Part shown: positions 38,893 through 51,925 of the stretch, piece after piece
Layout of the letters: each line of letters starts with the position of its first letter
Numbering within the stretch: the stretch's first letter is position 1
DNA from: Vicugna vicugna
Taxonomy: Eukaryota
DNA: 64,000 nucleotides
NCBI GenBank assembly: GCA_013265495.1
Contig: PNXW01004639.1
Location: 310,001-374,000, forward strand
Reading direction: 5' to 3'
Position numbers and translations under genes: made by a program
Notes under the pieces: generated by a model
Databases searched by the model: none
The model's input: the letters and a program-made list of their open reading frames with translations, nothing else
What the model was told of the DNA's origin: nothing

Positions 38893-40499
38893 CTGGAAGG
38901 CAGATTGATGATTATGTCTCTGACGCAGCTCCTTTAAAAAACCAGAAATGTCCAGTATATGTGACTAGTGCTGGATGTCATTTGGATGGTTGATTCTGTG
39001 TAGATAGCAAAATTGTATCCCCTTAGAAAATGTGAAAACCAAATTGGTCTTCTCACTCAAATAGATAGTCATTCTTTTAAGGCAAAAATCTACATTCTGG
39101 TAAATTATAAGATTCTTTCTCCCCCAGTAAGAGTGAAGAAGATAATAGGTACTTAAGTATCCCAATAATGATTTACTTTCAGAAGTGATATTTGAACAAT
39201 TAATACTTGTGATATGATTTAAATTGTCACATACACACACACAGACATATATATGTATGAATATGTGTATATGTGTGTGTGTGTATATATATAAAATGAG
39301 ACTTGAAATAGCTTTTCAAAATTTAGGTTATCCCCTTTGAGAATTCACTGTAATAGAAATTGGCGTGGTGATATATTTAAATTAGTCAAAAATCACATTT
39401 TTTTCTTGCAAAGTTAGTCTGTAACACATTTAAATGTAAAAAAAGAAACAGCACAAAGATGTACAATCTAGAGTTAAAAAAAAAAACCCCACTGCTTTCT
39501 ATGGAAATAAAAGTAGTATGTTTAACAGTAAAATTCCCTAGGAACATCGTACAACTTAATGCCTGATTCTTGCCAAGTAGCATGACCTCTTTAAAAGCTC
39601 TCATCTCAGTTCCAAAAGGAAATAGAAAATCAATGCGAACATCAACACGTAAAGCAAGGCAGGTGCTTCAAAGAGGAAATAGAAAATCAATGGTCACCCA
39701 GCAAAGTAGGTTCTATGGTAATAGTTGTGAAGAAAATTAATATATGTTAGAAGGAGAAAGTGTATGTATATAAAATGTACAGAATCACTTAATGTAAACT
39801 ATTAAAGAAATGTTAATCCCTCAGAGAGTTTGTGCTATTATGCTTTTCTTGGTTTGCTTTAGAAGAAAAGAAGGGCTGGAATTAACGTGAATGGATTATG
39901 ATGGAAATAGTTATTAGATACATGATTGTAATTTAGGTCTTATTTATACTTACTGATTCTGTATTACTCATTCTGTATTACTGAATTGGATTTTGAAACA
40001 AACAGTTTATATGATACCAAAATCTAGAAATTTCATTCTCATCCATCTTTCTAGTTTTCAAACCATTCTAATCAAAGGTTACCTTTGGATTTTTCTTCTT
40101 TGGTCACAGTATAAATCTTACCACTATTTTATCCACATATTTGAAAGACATTAATGTTAGCTTTCCTAGAAGACTATATATTTATAGAACAAGGCTTAAC
40201 ATATGAATAAGAATCTAATTCATTTGAAATAGCTTTTAATCTGCATAATTTATAATGACTTTTAAATCACCTCTAGATATTTTTAAATGGCAAAATCTTC
40301 AAATTATGAAATCGCATTCTAAGTTTAATATAGATAATATTTTAGTTACTTTGATACAGTAGGCCAGGCAATAAAATAAATGTATCTTGAAAAGATTTTT
40401 TTTTTGAATTCCCATTTTAATCAAGAAAATGTGAGATATTAAGAAGAGGATTATATGGCTGTTAAAATAAATTTTAAAGCTGCATGTACTTTTCAAAAT

Positions 40500-41960
40500 A
40501 AACTTTTTCATTTTAGAACATTGTAATATTTGTGGAAAAATGGTGAGGTGGTACAGACTTCCCAGATACCTGACACCCAGTTTTCTCTCTTATTAATATC
40601 TTACATGAATATGGTAGATCTACTAAAATTAATGAGCTGATATCGATACATTATTTTAAAAGTCTATACTTTATACATATTTCCTTTGTTTTTACCTAAC
40701 GTTCTTTTTCTGTTCCAAAAGCCCATCCAGGATTGCATATTACACTTCATCATCATGTCTCCTTAGGCTCCTCTTGGCTGTGACAGTTTCTTAGACTTCC
40801 TTTTCATGACCTCTGATGGTTTGGACAATTAACTGGTCAGGTATTTTGTGAACTGTGCTTCATCTGGGATCGTCTGATGCTTCCCTCATGATTGGAATGG
40901 GATTATGTGTTTGGGGGAGGAAAACCACAGAGGCTGTGTGCCATTTTATCACATCAGGGTGCATGTGAGCAACATGACTAACCACAGTTGATGTCGACTG
41001 AGATTTACCTGCCTGAGAACAGTGTGTGACAGGTTTCTCCACAACGAAGTTATTTTCCTCCCTCCCCTTTCCACACTGTGTGCTTTAGAAATAGGTCACT
41101 ATGTGCAGCCTGCACTTGAGGCGTGGGGAGTCGTGTTCCGCCTCCTTGAAGATGGAGTATCTGTGTAAATTATCTGGAATTCTTTGCATAATGGATCCTC
41201 CCTTCTCCTCCCTCCCTCCCTCCCTCCCTCCTTACTTAATCATTTATAATTGTGGAGACCCGTGGACAGTTGTATTTATTTGGGGATATAACCAATGCTG
41301 CTTTATTTTGTTGCCATCGGGAGCTCTTTCATTTGGCTCCCATGTCCCTTCGACATATCCCGACATCATTGTGGTGCTTTTGTTTGTTTTAGTTTTTGAG
41401 TTCCTTCTTACTTTCTGGAACTATTGGATTCTCCAGGCCCCTCTTACCCTCTTACATATTTCCTGCCCCAAATCTAGAAGCCACTCGTTTCCCGAAGATC
41501 CCTCATTTCTTTTATTTCAGAGTCATATTAAAAACCAAGACTTTAGCTACTATATATATATATATATATATATACACACAGACAAACATACACACACACA
41601 AAATAGATAAACAATAAGGTCCTACCGTACAGCACTGGGAACTGCATTCAATATCTTATAATAACCTATAATGAAAAAAGAATATGGAAAAGAGTATATA
41701 TATATGTATAACTGAATCACTATGCTGTACACTAGAGATTAACACAACATTGTAAATAAACATACTTCAATAAACACAATGACAACAGCAACATAAAACA
41801 AGACCAAGATCTGGGTGCTGAATATTACTGCTGCTGTGTAAAAATAGGATTGCTTCTGTTATTATTATTGCTGCTGTAGGGCTCTCAGCTAACAAAGCAT
41901 GCATCCTGTACTTTTCTGATCCCTGTTTTCCTGTGGTTTTAGCCTGTGTATTAGTCACAG
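40500..41960 (-). mobile_element. old L1 (L1MC/L1MD-like) 3' region
   Basis: tttacctaacgttctttttctgttcc...catgtctccttaggctcctcttggctgtgacagtttcttagactt...accaagatctgggtgct; interrupted by a younger L1. Confidence 0.8.
41545..41800 (+). mobile_element. young L1 3' fragment nested in the older L1
   Basis: aaatagataaacaataaggtcctaccgtacagcactgggaact...tatgtataactgaatcactatgctgtacac; accaaga on both flanks; (TA)n/(CA)n at its 5' end. Confidence 0.85.
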
Positions 41961-42989
41961 TGAGACTACCTTATACTCACATCTTTTAATAGGCTGATAA
42001 TGAGGTGCTACTTATAATCCTTCTCTGTTCCAGCCTTGTCTTATGGGTGGAGTCACTATTTGCCTATTTTTGTTTTAAATTGTGACTTTTTAAAAATACA
42101 CTCTGAGAGGCCTATTAAAGATAAAGGTCATTCAACACACAAAGGGTAATAAGAGAGGTTTGCACCACTTTTTATAGAAGCACAAATTAGGGGACATTAG
42201 TTTAACCTGTGAGGTGAAGTTCGAAGATTAGTAAGGTTTTCAGATAAACAAATCATAAAGTCTGTTGTGATTATTTTGAGTCTTTTCACCAAAAAAAAAA
42301 AATTCTTTCATCTATTTATGTTGTACCATGGGCAATTTTGAGGACTATGACCTGGTGTTTCTGCCACCAAAGGTAAAAAGCCTCATTTTTTCAAAACCAT
42401 ACTTAAACTAGTCCGTGGAGCTTTGCTTCTTACATGATTCTTTATAGTTGTTTGAGTTGATATAGAAATTCTATAGTAGTTTTTGCTCAGGTAGCAAAAA
42501 AAAAAAAAAAAACTCGGTGTCTTTTTCAACAAACACCTTTTTGCTTGGCTTGGGTCCATGTGTGTTTGGGTTCTGAGACCCAAGGTGGTGGAGCAGTCTC
42601 CATGGGGCTGATGCTGTCTTGTGACTGAGAGCAAGAATAAAGACAGGATGAGCCCACTGCAATCACATCAAATGCTTCCACTCAGGTGTGGAAAGTGTCA
42701 CCTGGGCTCTCAAGGCCCAAAGTCAACGAGTCCAACAGGGCCGTGTTCTCCTACAGGAGGCACAGGGCAATCTCCATGACAGTGGGCAGAGATGTAGCAA
42801 CAGATTACAGGGAGTTGAAAACAGTCAGTCCAACCTCTCAAATGTTGCCTACACACTTTGGTATTAGGCTGACATCGAACTGTATGTGTCAGAAAAACTT
42901 TGAAAAGAATAAAAAAGGCTCCAAACAAGATGGAAGTTTCTTTCTCCCTCATACGTACAAGTCCAAATAGCTCATCTGTGGTCACTAGA

Positions 42990-43290
42990 GCAGTCCATGC
43001 TGTCGGGTTCTGAAGTTCTTTCTACCTTGTTTCTCTGCTCTGTGTGACTCACGGTTGAAGATCGTTCCAGGCATTAGGATGGAGGGAGAGAAGAAGAAGG
43101 ATGTGCACTCCTTTTATTCCAGAAGTGTCTAGAAAACTGCTAAGTCACAATTTTATTGACATTTGATTGTCCAGGACATAGTCACATAACTGTACATAAG
43201 TGCAAGGGAGTCTGGTAAATATAGTCTTTATTCTTTGTGTCTCTGTGCCCAGCTAATTTTTTTAACTACCATGGAAGAAATAAAGAAAGA
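42990..43290 (-). mobile_element. MaLR LTR fragment (MLT1J-like)
   Basis: attgtccaggacatagtcacataactgtacataagtgcaagggagtctggtaaatatagtcttt...tgtgcccagcta. Confidence 0.7.
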
Positions 43291-43355
43291 GTCTAGAATA
43301 GAAACATGCTAATTGGACTTGAAGTGAATATTTTTGGATTAATCAAACAAAGGCT

Positions 43356-43515
43356 GGGTAGAGAGTAGGATACAGCTCCATGGTAGACTGAATGCTTAGC
43401 ATGCACAAGGTCATGGGTTTGATCCCCAGTACCTCCAGTTAAATTAAAAATAATAATAAATAAATAAGCCCTAATTACCTCCTCCCCCAAAACAAAGCAA
43501 ACAAACAAAAAACAA
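43356..43515 (+). mobile_element. tRNA-Ala-derived SINE (camelid vic-1-like)
   Basis: ggatacagctccatggtagactgaatgcttagcatgcacaaggtcatgggtttgatccccagtacctcca...cctaattacctcctcccc plus (CAAA)n tail; same body as the copy at 20813. Confidence 0.88.
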
Positions 43516-43654
43516 ATCAAGTCTGGGGAATGAAGGAATATAAGGTAATCTAAAAACACCAGATGAAAGGCAGGAACAAGTAAAAGAAATCCAAAAAATA
43601 ATGATTTGATGTAATGCAAAATGCAATGAAGGAAAAACAGCAGAGGAGAGAAAT

Positions 43655-44204
43655 TGTTATCAGACAGAAGCTCACGTGCCTGACGCACCATGAGGCCAAA
43701 CAGACCCAAACATCAGAGAGTTTGGAGCAAAGAGAGGCTTATTGCACAGCCTAGCAGGACAGGTGGCTGATGCTCGAAAAACCTGAACTCCCCAATGGTT
43801 TTAGGGGAGAAGATTTTACAAGCAGAATTGGGGTGAGGGCTGCAGGGTGTGTGATTTTCTTCCGATTGGTTGGTGCGGAGGTAACTGGTTGGTGCTCCAG
43901 GAATCTTGTGCTCAGCCTGAAATTGCCATTCTCCACCAGGGTGGGGGCCTTAGTTCCTGCAGAAGAACTCGAAGGTCTAGTTATGTGTGTTCCTTGAGAA
44001 GGAACGGGGACCCTGCCCCAAGGCTGCAGCAGCGTTTCTTGACTGTTCCTCCCTGGTCTCTGCCTTTCCTGACTTCCCTGATTAGCAACTGTTTGAATCT
44101 ACCCTTTGGAACTCAGGGAAGGTCAAGGAGGCTGAATGAAGCCTATTTCCCACAAACACGGATTTCTACCAGGGAGGATTGCACAGGGTCCTGCTCTGTT
44201 TCCA
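43655..44204 (-). mobile_element. ERV1-type solo LTR
   Basis: tgttatc...ctgtttcca termini; gagtttggagcaaagagaggcttattgca, aacctgaactccccaatggtttt and ttggaactcagggaaggtcaaggaggctgaa motifs; TSD not clearly preserved. Confidence 0.75.
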
Positions 44205-45289
44205 TATGGTTTGAGGATGAAAATGACATTTCATTTTTGAAGAAAATAGGTACAGATCAGGTTCACAAAGAGTTAAAGTCCAGGACTCTTCTGTTAAAGT
44301 GATGATTCATCTCAGGAATCGTAAGTGAATGAAAAACGGCCCCAAACTTGTTTCTGTTCTTATGATCCTTCTTTTTATTTGTTTTAAGTCATAAATTTTC
44401 TGCTAGTATTCTAATCAAACTGCTTAAAAAAGAGATCTCTGAGATTCCTGGAATATGCTTAAGCTGTTCAAATATTTTCTGAACAAATTAATGGACTTGC
44501 AAGTCAGACAGGAGAGAAAAAGTTAGGCTGGAAACTGCACCATGTGCTCCGTGATGCTGGAGAATTGCTGGATGTACTGTACTGTTAATAAACTGAGGCA
44601 TGTTAACATTTTTAAGAGTTTAACATTTTGAGCAAAAGAATGGATTCAAATTGGGCAATGCCAAACTGGAAGTGTTTAGGAACGCTCCACCAACAAGAAC
44701 CCTGGGAGACACTTTTATGGAAAAAAGGCAGAAACAAAGTTAGGAAATGGTTGATTGGCTGTATCTTAAAGTCTTGTTGGCTCTTTGTGACTGGTCATCC
44801 TCAGTGATCTGACTTCCCAAACTGAGGCAGTTGCTGGCTTAAATTTTGGTTTATTTACATGGCTGCCATGGCATTAGAGCCAGCTCAGTCTAATGACCTC
44901 CTTGTTTGTTTAATTTAACAGTTCCCCTTTTTGGTCATCCTCTGGTATGTGAGAGATTGACCATGTACTGGTCTTAGTGCCACTCTCGGTCACCATCAGA
45001 GTTCAGTTGCTCTTGTCTTGTTGTGAAACTTATAGGTTATGGTGTCAGATCCGTGGAAGAATGGTCTTTGCTGTTCATCTCATTGTTCAACTTGCTTCTG
45101 TTTCTCCAAGGGCAGTGATGAGGCCATCTGATGTACTGCTGATGGCTGTGAACATGCATTTGAGACCTTTGAGAGAACACAGCCCAACAGGGAGATTACA
45201 GTGATAACTGTTAGGAGGAGAATACCAAGAGACTGAAGTATCCTCCTTAGCCAGGGCCCCCAAGAACCAAACCAGTTGGTACCAAATAA

Positions 45290-45545
45290 AGCAAAGAAAA
45301 TATCTGAAGGGCATCACCTGTTTTAGCCAAGTGGTTAGTTTGTTCATTCCTTGTACTTGCTGCAATGCCAGAAGTGTTGACGGAGGCACAGCAGGAGGTA
45401 TTTGCTACGACACAGACTCCTCATTGTTAGCCAGGACGTAATCTAAGGCAGTTCTGTCACCTAAAACCACCTTAGCAAGAAAGCCTAGGGACTACTGTGC
45501 AGTATGGCTTCAGCAGTAGATTCAACAATAGTTATCAGAGTTACA
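45290..45545 (-). pseudogene. env: retroviral env transmembrane-subunit remnant (frameshifted)
   Basis: manual minus-strand translation LAKVVLGDRTALDYVLAN / frameshift / GVCVVANTSCCASVNTSG gives an immunosuppressive-domain-like segment plus CX6CC. Confidence 0.85.
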
Positions 45546-45957
45546 GGGCATTGTCTTTCCATGCATTAACAGAGAAAAAAAAAGCAATTTTGGAAATACT
45601 ATCTAAAAATAGAAAAATATTACACATCTATAACATACACACATAGACATATAAACCTACAGACAGAAGCAAATAGAGGTCTTATAGCTTTCACTTAAAA
45701 ATTTTAACCATGAGATAGGTGTGGTCATGCAAAACTCACTAGTTTGTATGAGAACATTTGGATCCAAATTGTGTTTCTGGTAGATGGAATAAGTTAAAGT
45801 TACCTGCTCAGATGACTTGAACTTTTTACTAGTATTTGTGATAGAGACTTTGAGGATTTTTCGTTGCCTGGTTTCCAAATAGCCTCCTCCCCTCCACTTT
45901 TTTTTTTTCCTCCTTCTGATAAAAATTACCTTGATTCCTAGGGAACACCAGGCAGGA

Positions 45958-46390
45958 CTATGTCTCAGAGGTGCAGGGAAGAAAATGCAAGTTCCTCCAA
46001 GAAAAACTTTTGTCTCCTGAGTCTAGAATTTTACAGTACCTACAAGCCTGTTGAGATGAGTAGGGGAAGTCTGAGGACTGGCAAAAAGGATTAGGTGGGC
46101 TTTTTCTATTCTTGTAAAGACTCAATTTGTAAGACAACTTACACAAGTTTTCCTCAATTTCTAGGACAATTGTTTTTAATTCCTCAAAGAATTGAGTTGC
46201 AATCTGAATGCTACCAGGGTTGACCCACCTGTCCAACTACTTACCCTCAATTTGCTTTTTTACATCAGGGAGATTTTTAACTAAGATGGAACTCAAAAGA
46301 TTTTCACGGTCTAGGTTTAGAGCTGGGTGTCTTGGGATGTTTTAGTAATTAAATCCTTCTTCAAAGGCTTACAGAATGTTTTTCTTGCTC
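45958..46390 (-). pseudogene. probable decayed gag C-terminus
   Basis: ORF 45958-46236(-) contains CRYCK (~46030-46044), like the first half of a CCHC knuckle, at the expected position upstream of env. Confidence 0.4.
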
Positions 46391-46399
46391 TTTGGATAC

Positions 46400-46916
46400 T
46401 TCGGGGGAGAGGAATTTGTCACCTCAAAATATGCCCTTTGGCATAGGGTTTATTTTAGACTGTTTATTTTTAAGAAACAGTAGACACAGGAGCAGCTTTG
46501 AAAACCGAGTAGAATTTATCCTTTTGCAAGAGACATTACAAAGAAGGGAAATCCACATTTGTGAGGCTGTCTCCATCTATAGGAAGAGAAAGATGACCAA
46601 ATCTCTAGAAACTCTTATAATGGAGATGACGCCAGTTTAAATCTGCAAACAGTCATACCCTTGTTTACTGTGCTTTTCCTGGGAACCTCCCATCACAGCC
46701 CCTCCCCCAACGTTCTTTTGTTTGTAGGTGGAGATGGTGTTTAAGGTCTCCATCTCCGGGAGTTACTTACTTCCTGGGTCTCTCCCATGTATACAGGATG
46801 TATGCATGTTGTTAAACTTCTCTTTGTTTTTCCCCCGTTAATCTGTCTGTTATTACGGGGGAGTCTCAGCCAGGAAACGAGAAGAGTAGAAGGAAAATTA
46901 TTTTTCCTTCCCTATG
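46400..46916 (+). mobile_element. MER34-like solo LTR nested in the ERV
   Basis: aatttgtcacctcaaaatatgccctttggcatagggttatttt start, gaagagtagaaggaaaattatttttccttcccta end, TSD atac/gtac. Confidence 0.8.
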
Positions 46917-47886
46917 GTACGTAGTTTCATTTTGGCATAAGAGAGGAGGCCTAAAAACAATCCCTGTTGGGCTCTAGGTATCAGCTTGCAATTTGGCCAA
47001 CTTTTGGCCCTAGAGCTACTTTAATAAAAGAAAAAAAAAAGTCTTTTCACATTTCTGGTCACATTTTAGCCGAGACAGACAGTAAATATTCCTGGCAGTA
47101 CTGAACAACCTCTTGGATGCAAGAGGCATCCCCCAAAAGGTGCAAAAGATAGTACCCCCAAGATCCACAGTCACCCCTAAGGACAGACAAAGGGAAGTCT
47201 TTTCCCCTGAGAGCTGGCAACAATCAGTTGCACCCCAGCTGCAAATGGAGCACAAGCCACACTTCTATCCAGCCACATCTTTTTGAAAATGGGGTTCAGC
47301 CCATGTTTGGGCATTATTATATCTGGCAGTCCCCAACCTGACTATTGCCAAGACAGATTCTCAGGACACAAAACAAGACAGAGAAGCAGATGTAGCCATC
47401 TGTCCCTGGGAAAGAAAGGGTCGCAACCAGTGGGCACCTGAAAACTACGTCACGAGTCACAGTTCAAAAACATAGTTCTCACAAATGTTTGTTCCTGACG
47501 ATCTGTGTTTAAAAAGGAAGAGACACTGTGAAATTTGACTTTCCTCCTGACCAGGCACCACAGCAGAGGTCTGGGAAAACTGACTTTGGGGAAAGCTCCC
47601 ACCCTCTGTCAATTTCCCCAGGATCCCGCCTGCAAGCTCTGAAACAAATGGGGGTGTCCCAGAGCATCTCATCCAGGTCCCCAGAAGCTGTATAGGAGAA
47701 AGCAACGTTCTTTCTACCCATTCTGGTGATGCCTGGCTGAGACCACTTTTTCTCTAGGGCACCCCCTACCTGGATACACTCATACAGGTTAAAAGTTCTC
47801 TACTGCGGTCTTAAAACAAAAATTTATTCACCTGAAGCCTCACACTGGCCCCAATCCAGCTAAAGTCAAGTTGGATCCTTTTAAAA

Positions 47887-47927
47887 TGTGTGTGTTTGTG
47901 TGTTTGTGTGTGTGTGTGTGTATGTGT
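47887..47927. repeat. imperfect (TG)n microsatellite
   Basis: direct reading. Confidence 0.9.
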
Positions 47928-50454
47928 AGATCACCAGTTGGATGTAACAGGTGGTGCATTTTGCACTGTGCTTGAGAATGGCCTTGCAATTCTGCCTGGT
48001 GCATGCAAAGTAGTCATTTTCTATGTGGTCAGTAAAAAAAAAAAAAAAGTGCAATGATTGTGACATGCTTAAAGAGTCCTAAGGTTAGACTTAAAGTTTA
48101 TTTATTTATTTTTACGTTTCACCCTTTTAAAAAAATTATTTTCATTTTAGCATAGGAAATGAATGCAGAAAATTCTGGCATTATACATCTGGGGGACTGC
48201 CATGACCTTTAGAACGGCAGCATCAAAGGGATCTAGGGAAATATATGCTATGAACATTTAATAACACCTCTACCGTGACTTAGTGAGTATTGCCATGCTT
48301 CTGTACTATGAAAATATAGCATTGGGACCATGGGTGAAAAGTTCAAAAGCACAAAAATTGAAGAATACATGGCATTTGAAATGTCTGCTTTAACTGTTCT
48401 CTGCAATGTTTGATTCTATTTTGCCTAAATGGGGATTATTTAAGTCTTGGTATGGTATTTTAGAACAAGGACCGCAAAAACAGTGATTATTTGATATTTG
48501 GAATGGCTAGATAATTTAAAATGCTTTTGAAATTCTCAAGTTCCATTAACAGCATATTCACGTGTTCGACAGTTTTATTAGGCACTGTTACAAGTGCATG
48601 ATCTGTGTTTCAGAAATGACCTGGATGAGTTCTTTTGCACTAGATGTATTTCACCTGACTTTTCTCTTTGCTTCTCTGACAAAGGACTTTGAAAGAATGG
48701 GCTACCCTCATCCCCCTTTTCTTTTAAAAGCTGTGATCAGGAAAATGACCATTTTTCTCCGCTCTTGCCTCTGTGATTGATAATAGAATTTATAGGGTAA
48801 AAACTGCACACAGGGTTGCCCCAAATTCCTTCCCCAAATAGCCATGCCTGCCAAATAGCTTTGACTTTGAAAATTCATCACACTGTAGGAAAAAATGCCC
48901 AACATTAATTGTTCGCCAACTTTCCATAGGGAAGGAAAATAGGTGGAATACTGCTCAGGGCCATTTGCTGTTCAAAAGGCTTCAGATCTTCTCTCCCGCC
49001 CCACGGACTCCAGGCCTTTGGCACAGTCGTATAGCTGCACGCTTTGCTTTTTTGACAGCAGGAATAGCTCTTTGGCCCACTTTCTCTTCTAAACTTTAGC
49101 TAAACTTCAGACTTCTGCTTTTTTTTTCCCTCTTTTGCTAAAGCTAGTGATCACATGCTGAGTAAATAATCTACAGACCACGATGTGCTGTCCTGTCAGG
49201 CTTGTTATCCAGACTCTAAAACCTCCGATGTCGGAAACCTGCCTGATACATATTCCCAGGTAGACTCCCTAACTACCTCCCCGACTGGTTACCGTCATCA
49301 CTGCTTACAAGCTCAGAGAACTCCCTGGTAGCACTCCGACTATATTTGGAAGGACTAATTGGTGGTTCTGGTGCCTCTGTTAGGAAAAAAGTGACACTTT
49401 CTGAAGTTAATAAAAATCTCTTCAGCTACAGTCTTTTATCAGATGTAACAAAACATTGTTTGAACAAATATGCTCTCAGTACTGGTGACAGTTCATTTCT
49501 GCATTTTCCAGCCATCAACATCCTTGCAAGGAAATGGCAGGAGAAAGTTCCTTAAAGGCGTAGAAGGAGTTTGAGAATAAGGGCAGTTTCTGAGAGAGAA
49601 TTGCTTTTCCAATCAATAACTCAGTTAAATTGGGTTCCAATTTGACTGCGTCAGCATCTTTATGATAAAGACTTAAGTCATCTGTTTCTCAGTTGTCCTC
49701 AAGCAATGTGTGGTACATATGTCAGTGCTGTACCAACGGTTTTCGTTATATTATTGACTCTGGGAGGAAAGAAGCGTATTTATCAAATATCGCAATTAAG
49801 AAAGTGACTCTGTGATAATTCAGGTGTGACATCAGTAAAACTACAAAGGGTGTCCTTCAGCTTTTCCAAATAGAATTTTCTTGAGAGAATGAGAGAGAGA
49901 AAGAGGGAAAGAGACTGAGAGAGAGAGGTCGTACTCCTTGAAAGTGTATCTTGTTAGAATAGAACTTAATTTGCTCACCAGTCACTGAGGATTCAGCAAA
50001 ATTAGTTTTTCAGTATCTGAACCCTAGTCAAGACATACTTGAAAAATCTTGTTTGTTACCCACTTGTAAATGCCAAACCCCACACCCTATTCTTTTTCAG
50101 TGGGAAAAACAGGATAAAGATACTTCATTGCCAGTAGGGCAGCCCCAGGGGTGGCTGGAGGGAGAAAGCACACCCCCACTCCACGGTGTCTCTCAGCTCC
50201 TCCCAAGTCACCCACATAAACGTGAAACCCACTGAAAATCAATTGATGACTTAAAGATTTTTCTAGAGGAATTCTGAAGCTAACCACTGTCCCTGCTCTC
50301 TTGTCAATTAATTTGACAATAGGGCAAAAGAGAAAAATCTAGCGTGTTCTTACAAATCTATCTACTATGCTACTTTTGAGAAGTTCTGCTTTCTTTCCTT
50401 TTTAAACTTCAGGTAGTTTTTAAAAATGAGAATAGAACATACTAAGTAGTCTAG

Positions 50455-51470
50455 TTTTTTTTTTTATTTTTTGTTTTATTATGAGAAGAACAGTTCACCA
50501 GAGATCTGCCTTCTTAAAATTTTAAGTGTATAATACATCATTGTTGAGTCTAGGTACCATGTGGTACTGTGGATTTCTAGAATTTATTTGTCTTGCTTAA
50601 CTGAAACTTTTTGCCCGTTGACTAGTAATTTCCATGTTTGTCCCCAATCCCCCCCACCCTGGAACCTGGCAACCACCATTCTACTCTTTACGTCTATGAA
50701 TTTGCGTATTGTAGATACCTTCTGTAAGTGGATTTTCCCTCTGTGTGACTTGCTTATTTCATTTAGCGTAATATCTCCGAGGTTTCTCTGTGTTGTTGTA
50801 TGTTGCAAAATTTCCATTTTTTGAAAGACTGAATAGTGTCCTATTGTTTGTAATACCACATTTTCTTTATCTGTTCATCTGTTGAGGGACGTTTAGTTTG
50901 TTTCCAAATCTTTGCTATTGTGAGTAGTGCTAAAATAAACTTGGAAGTATAAATATATCTTTGACATCCTGATTTCAGTTCTTTTGGATAAATACCCAGA
51001 AGTAGGATTGCTAGATCATATGGTAGTTCTACTTTTAATTTTTTGAGAAGCTTCCATACTGTTTTCAGTAGCAGCTGTACCTTTTTGCATTCCTATCAAC
51101 AGTGTGCAAGGGTTCCAATTTCTTCACATCCCTGCCAACACTTGCTGTCTTGTGTTTTTTGATAATAGCTATCCTGACCGATAAGAGGTGATATCTTGTG
51201 ATTTTTGATTTGCATTTCCTTGTGATTTGTGAAGTTGAGCAATTTTTCATATACCTGTTGGCCATTTGTATGTCTTCTTTGGAGAAAGGTCAATTCAACT
51301 CCTTAGCCCATTTTTAAATTGGGTTATTAGGTTTTTTGTTGTTATTGACTTCTGAGTTGTAGTTCCTTATATATTTTAGATATAAACCTCTTACCAGATA
51401 CAGTTTGCAAATACTTTCTTCCAATCTATAGGATGATCTGGTTGTTTTGCTTTGTTTTCTTTTTATCTTC
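50455..51470 (-). mobile_element. L1 (L1MA8/9-like) 3' UTR and ORF2 tail
   Basis: agatctgccttcttaaaattttaagtgtataatacatc...aatacccagaagtaggattgctagatcatatggtagttc...; ORF 51065-51265(-) [12 protein letters not shown]...[13 protein letters not shown] resembles the L1 ORF2 C-terminus. Confidence 0.9.
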
Positions 51471-51779
51471 GTGAACTGCCAAATGCAGTTCATTAGGTTT
51501 TCTTGCATAATCAAAAGTGATGTAAATATATTACATTTAAGTGCATAGGAGAATCTCTGAATGTGAAATTTATGTGCCAGTACTGTGTACATGAGCCCAG
51601 TAAAACCTGGAAATCAGTTCCCTAGAAAAATGCAAGCAAGCATACCTAACTTGACAGTTTTGAACAGCAGGCTATTATTAGCATCTTTCCTACTGTACAT
51701 TATCATATTTTCAAAAAACTCAGCACTAAAAATTGCAAAGTTAAAATGGAACTTCATCAAGTTCAGAAAATACATGTCT

Positions 51780-51925
51780 ATTCATTATTTGAATCATTCG
51801 TTAATTGAGCCATTCACTTAACAAAACCATATTGCATTTCTTTTTTGTACTAGGAATTGTATAAAGTACAAGTGATACAAAAAGGGGTTAGTACTTTCCT
51901 TGCCTCCAGTGACCTGAGAGAATTC
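51780..51925 (-). mobile_element. L2 3' end fragment
   Basis: attcattatttgaatcattcg...cattcacttaacaaaaccatattg...ttgtactaggaattgt...ttccttgcctccagtga. Confidence 0.55.

Larger units (their letters stand above)
44583..47870 (-). mobile_element. internally deleted ERV1 (MER4-group-like) provirus; 5' LTR not found
   Basis: 3' LTR 44583-44920 (tgttaa...ttaaca), PPT complement gttccccttttt at 44921-44932, env TM remnant, probable gag remnant, leader-like sequence to ~47870. Confidence 0.8.

Noticed and set aside
41101..41610. Longest ORF (169 aa)
   Set aside because: Lies antisense within an old L1 3' region and runs into a (TA)n repeat; no protein similarity recognised
43847..44302. 151-aa ORF
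   Set aside because: Mostly inside a solo LTR; chance open frame
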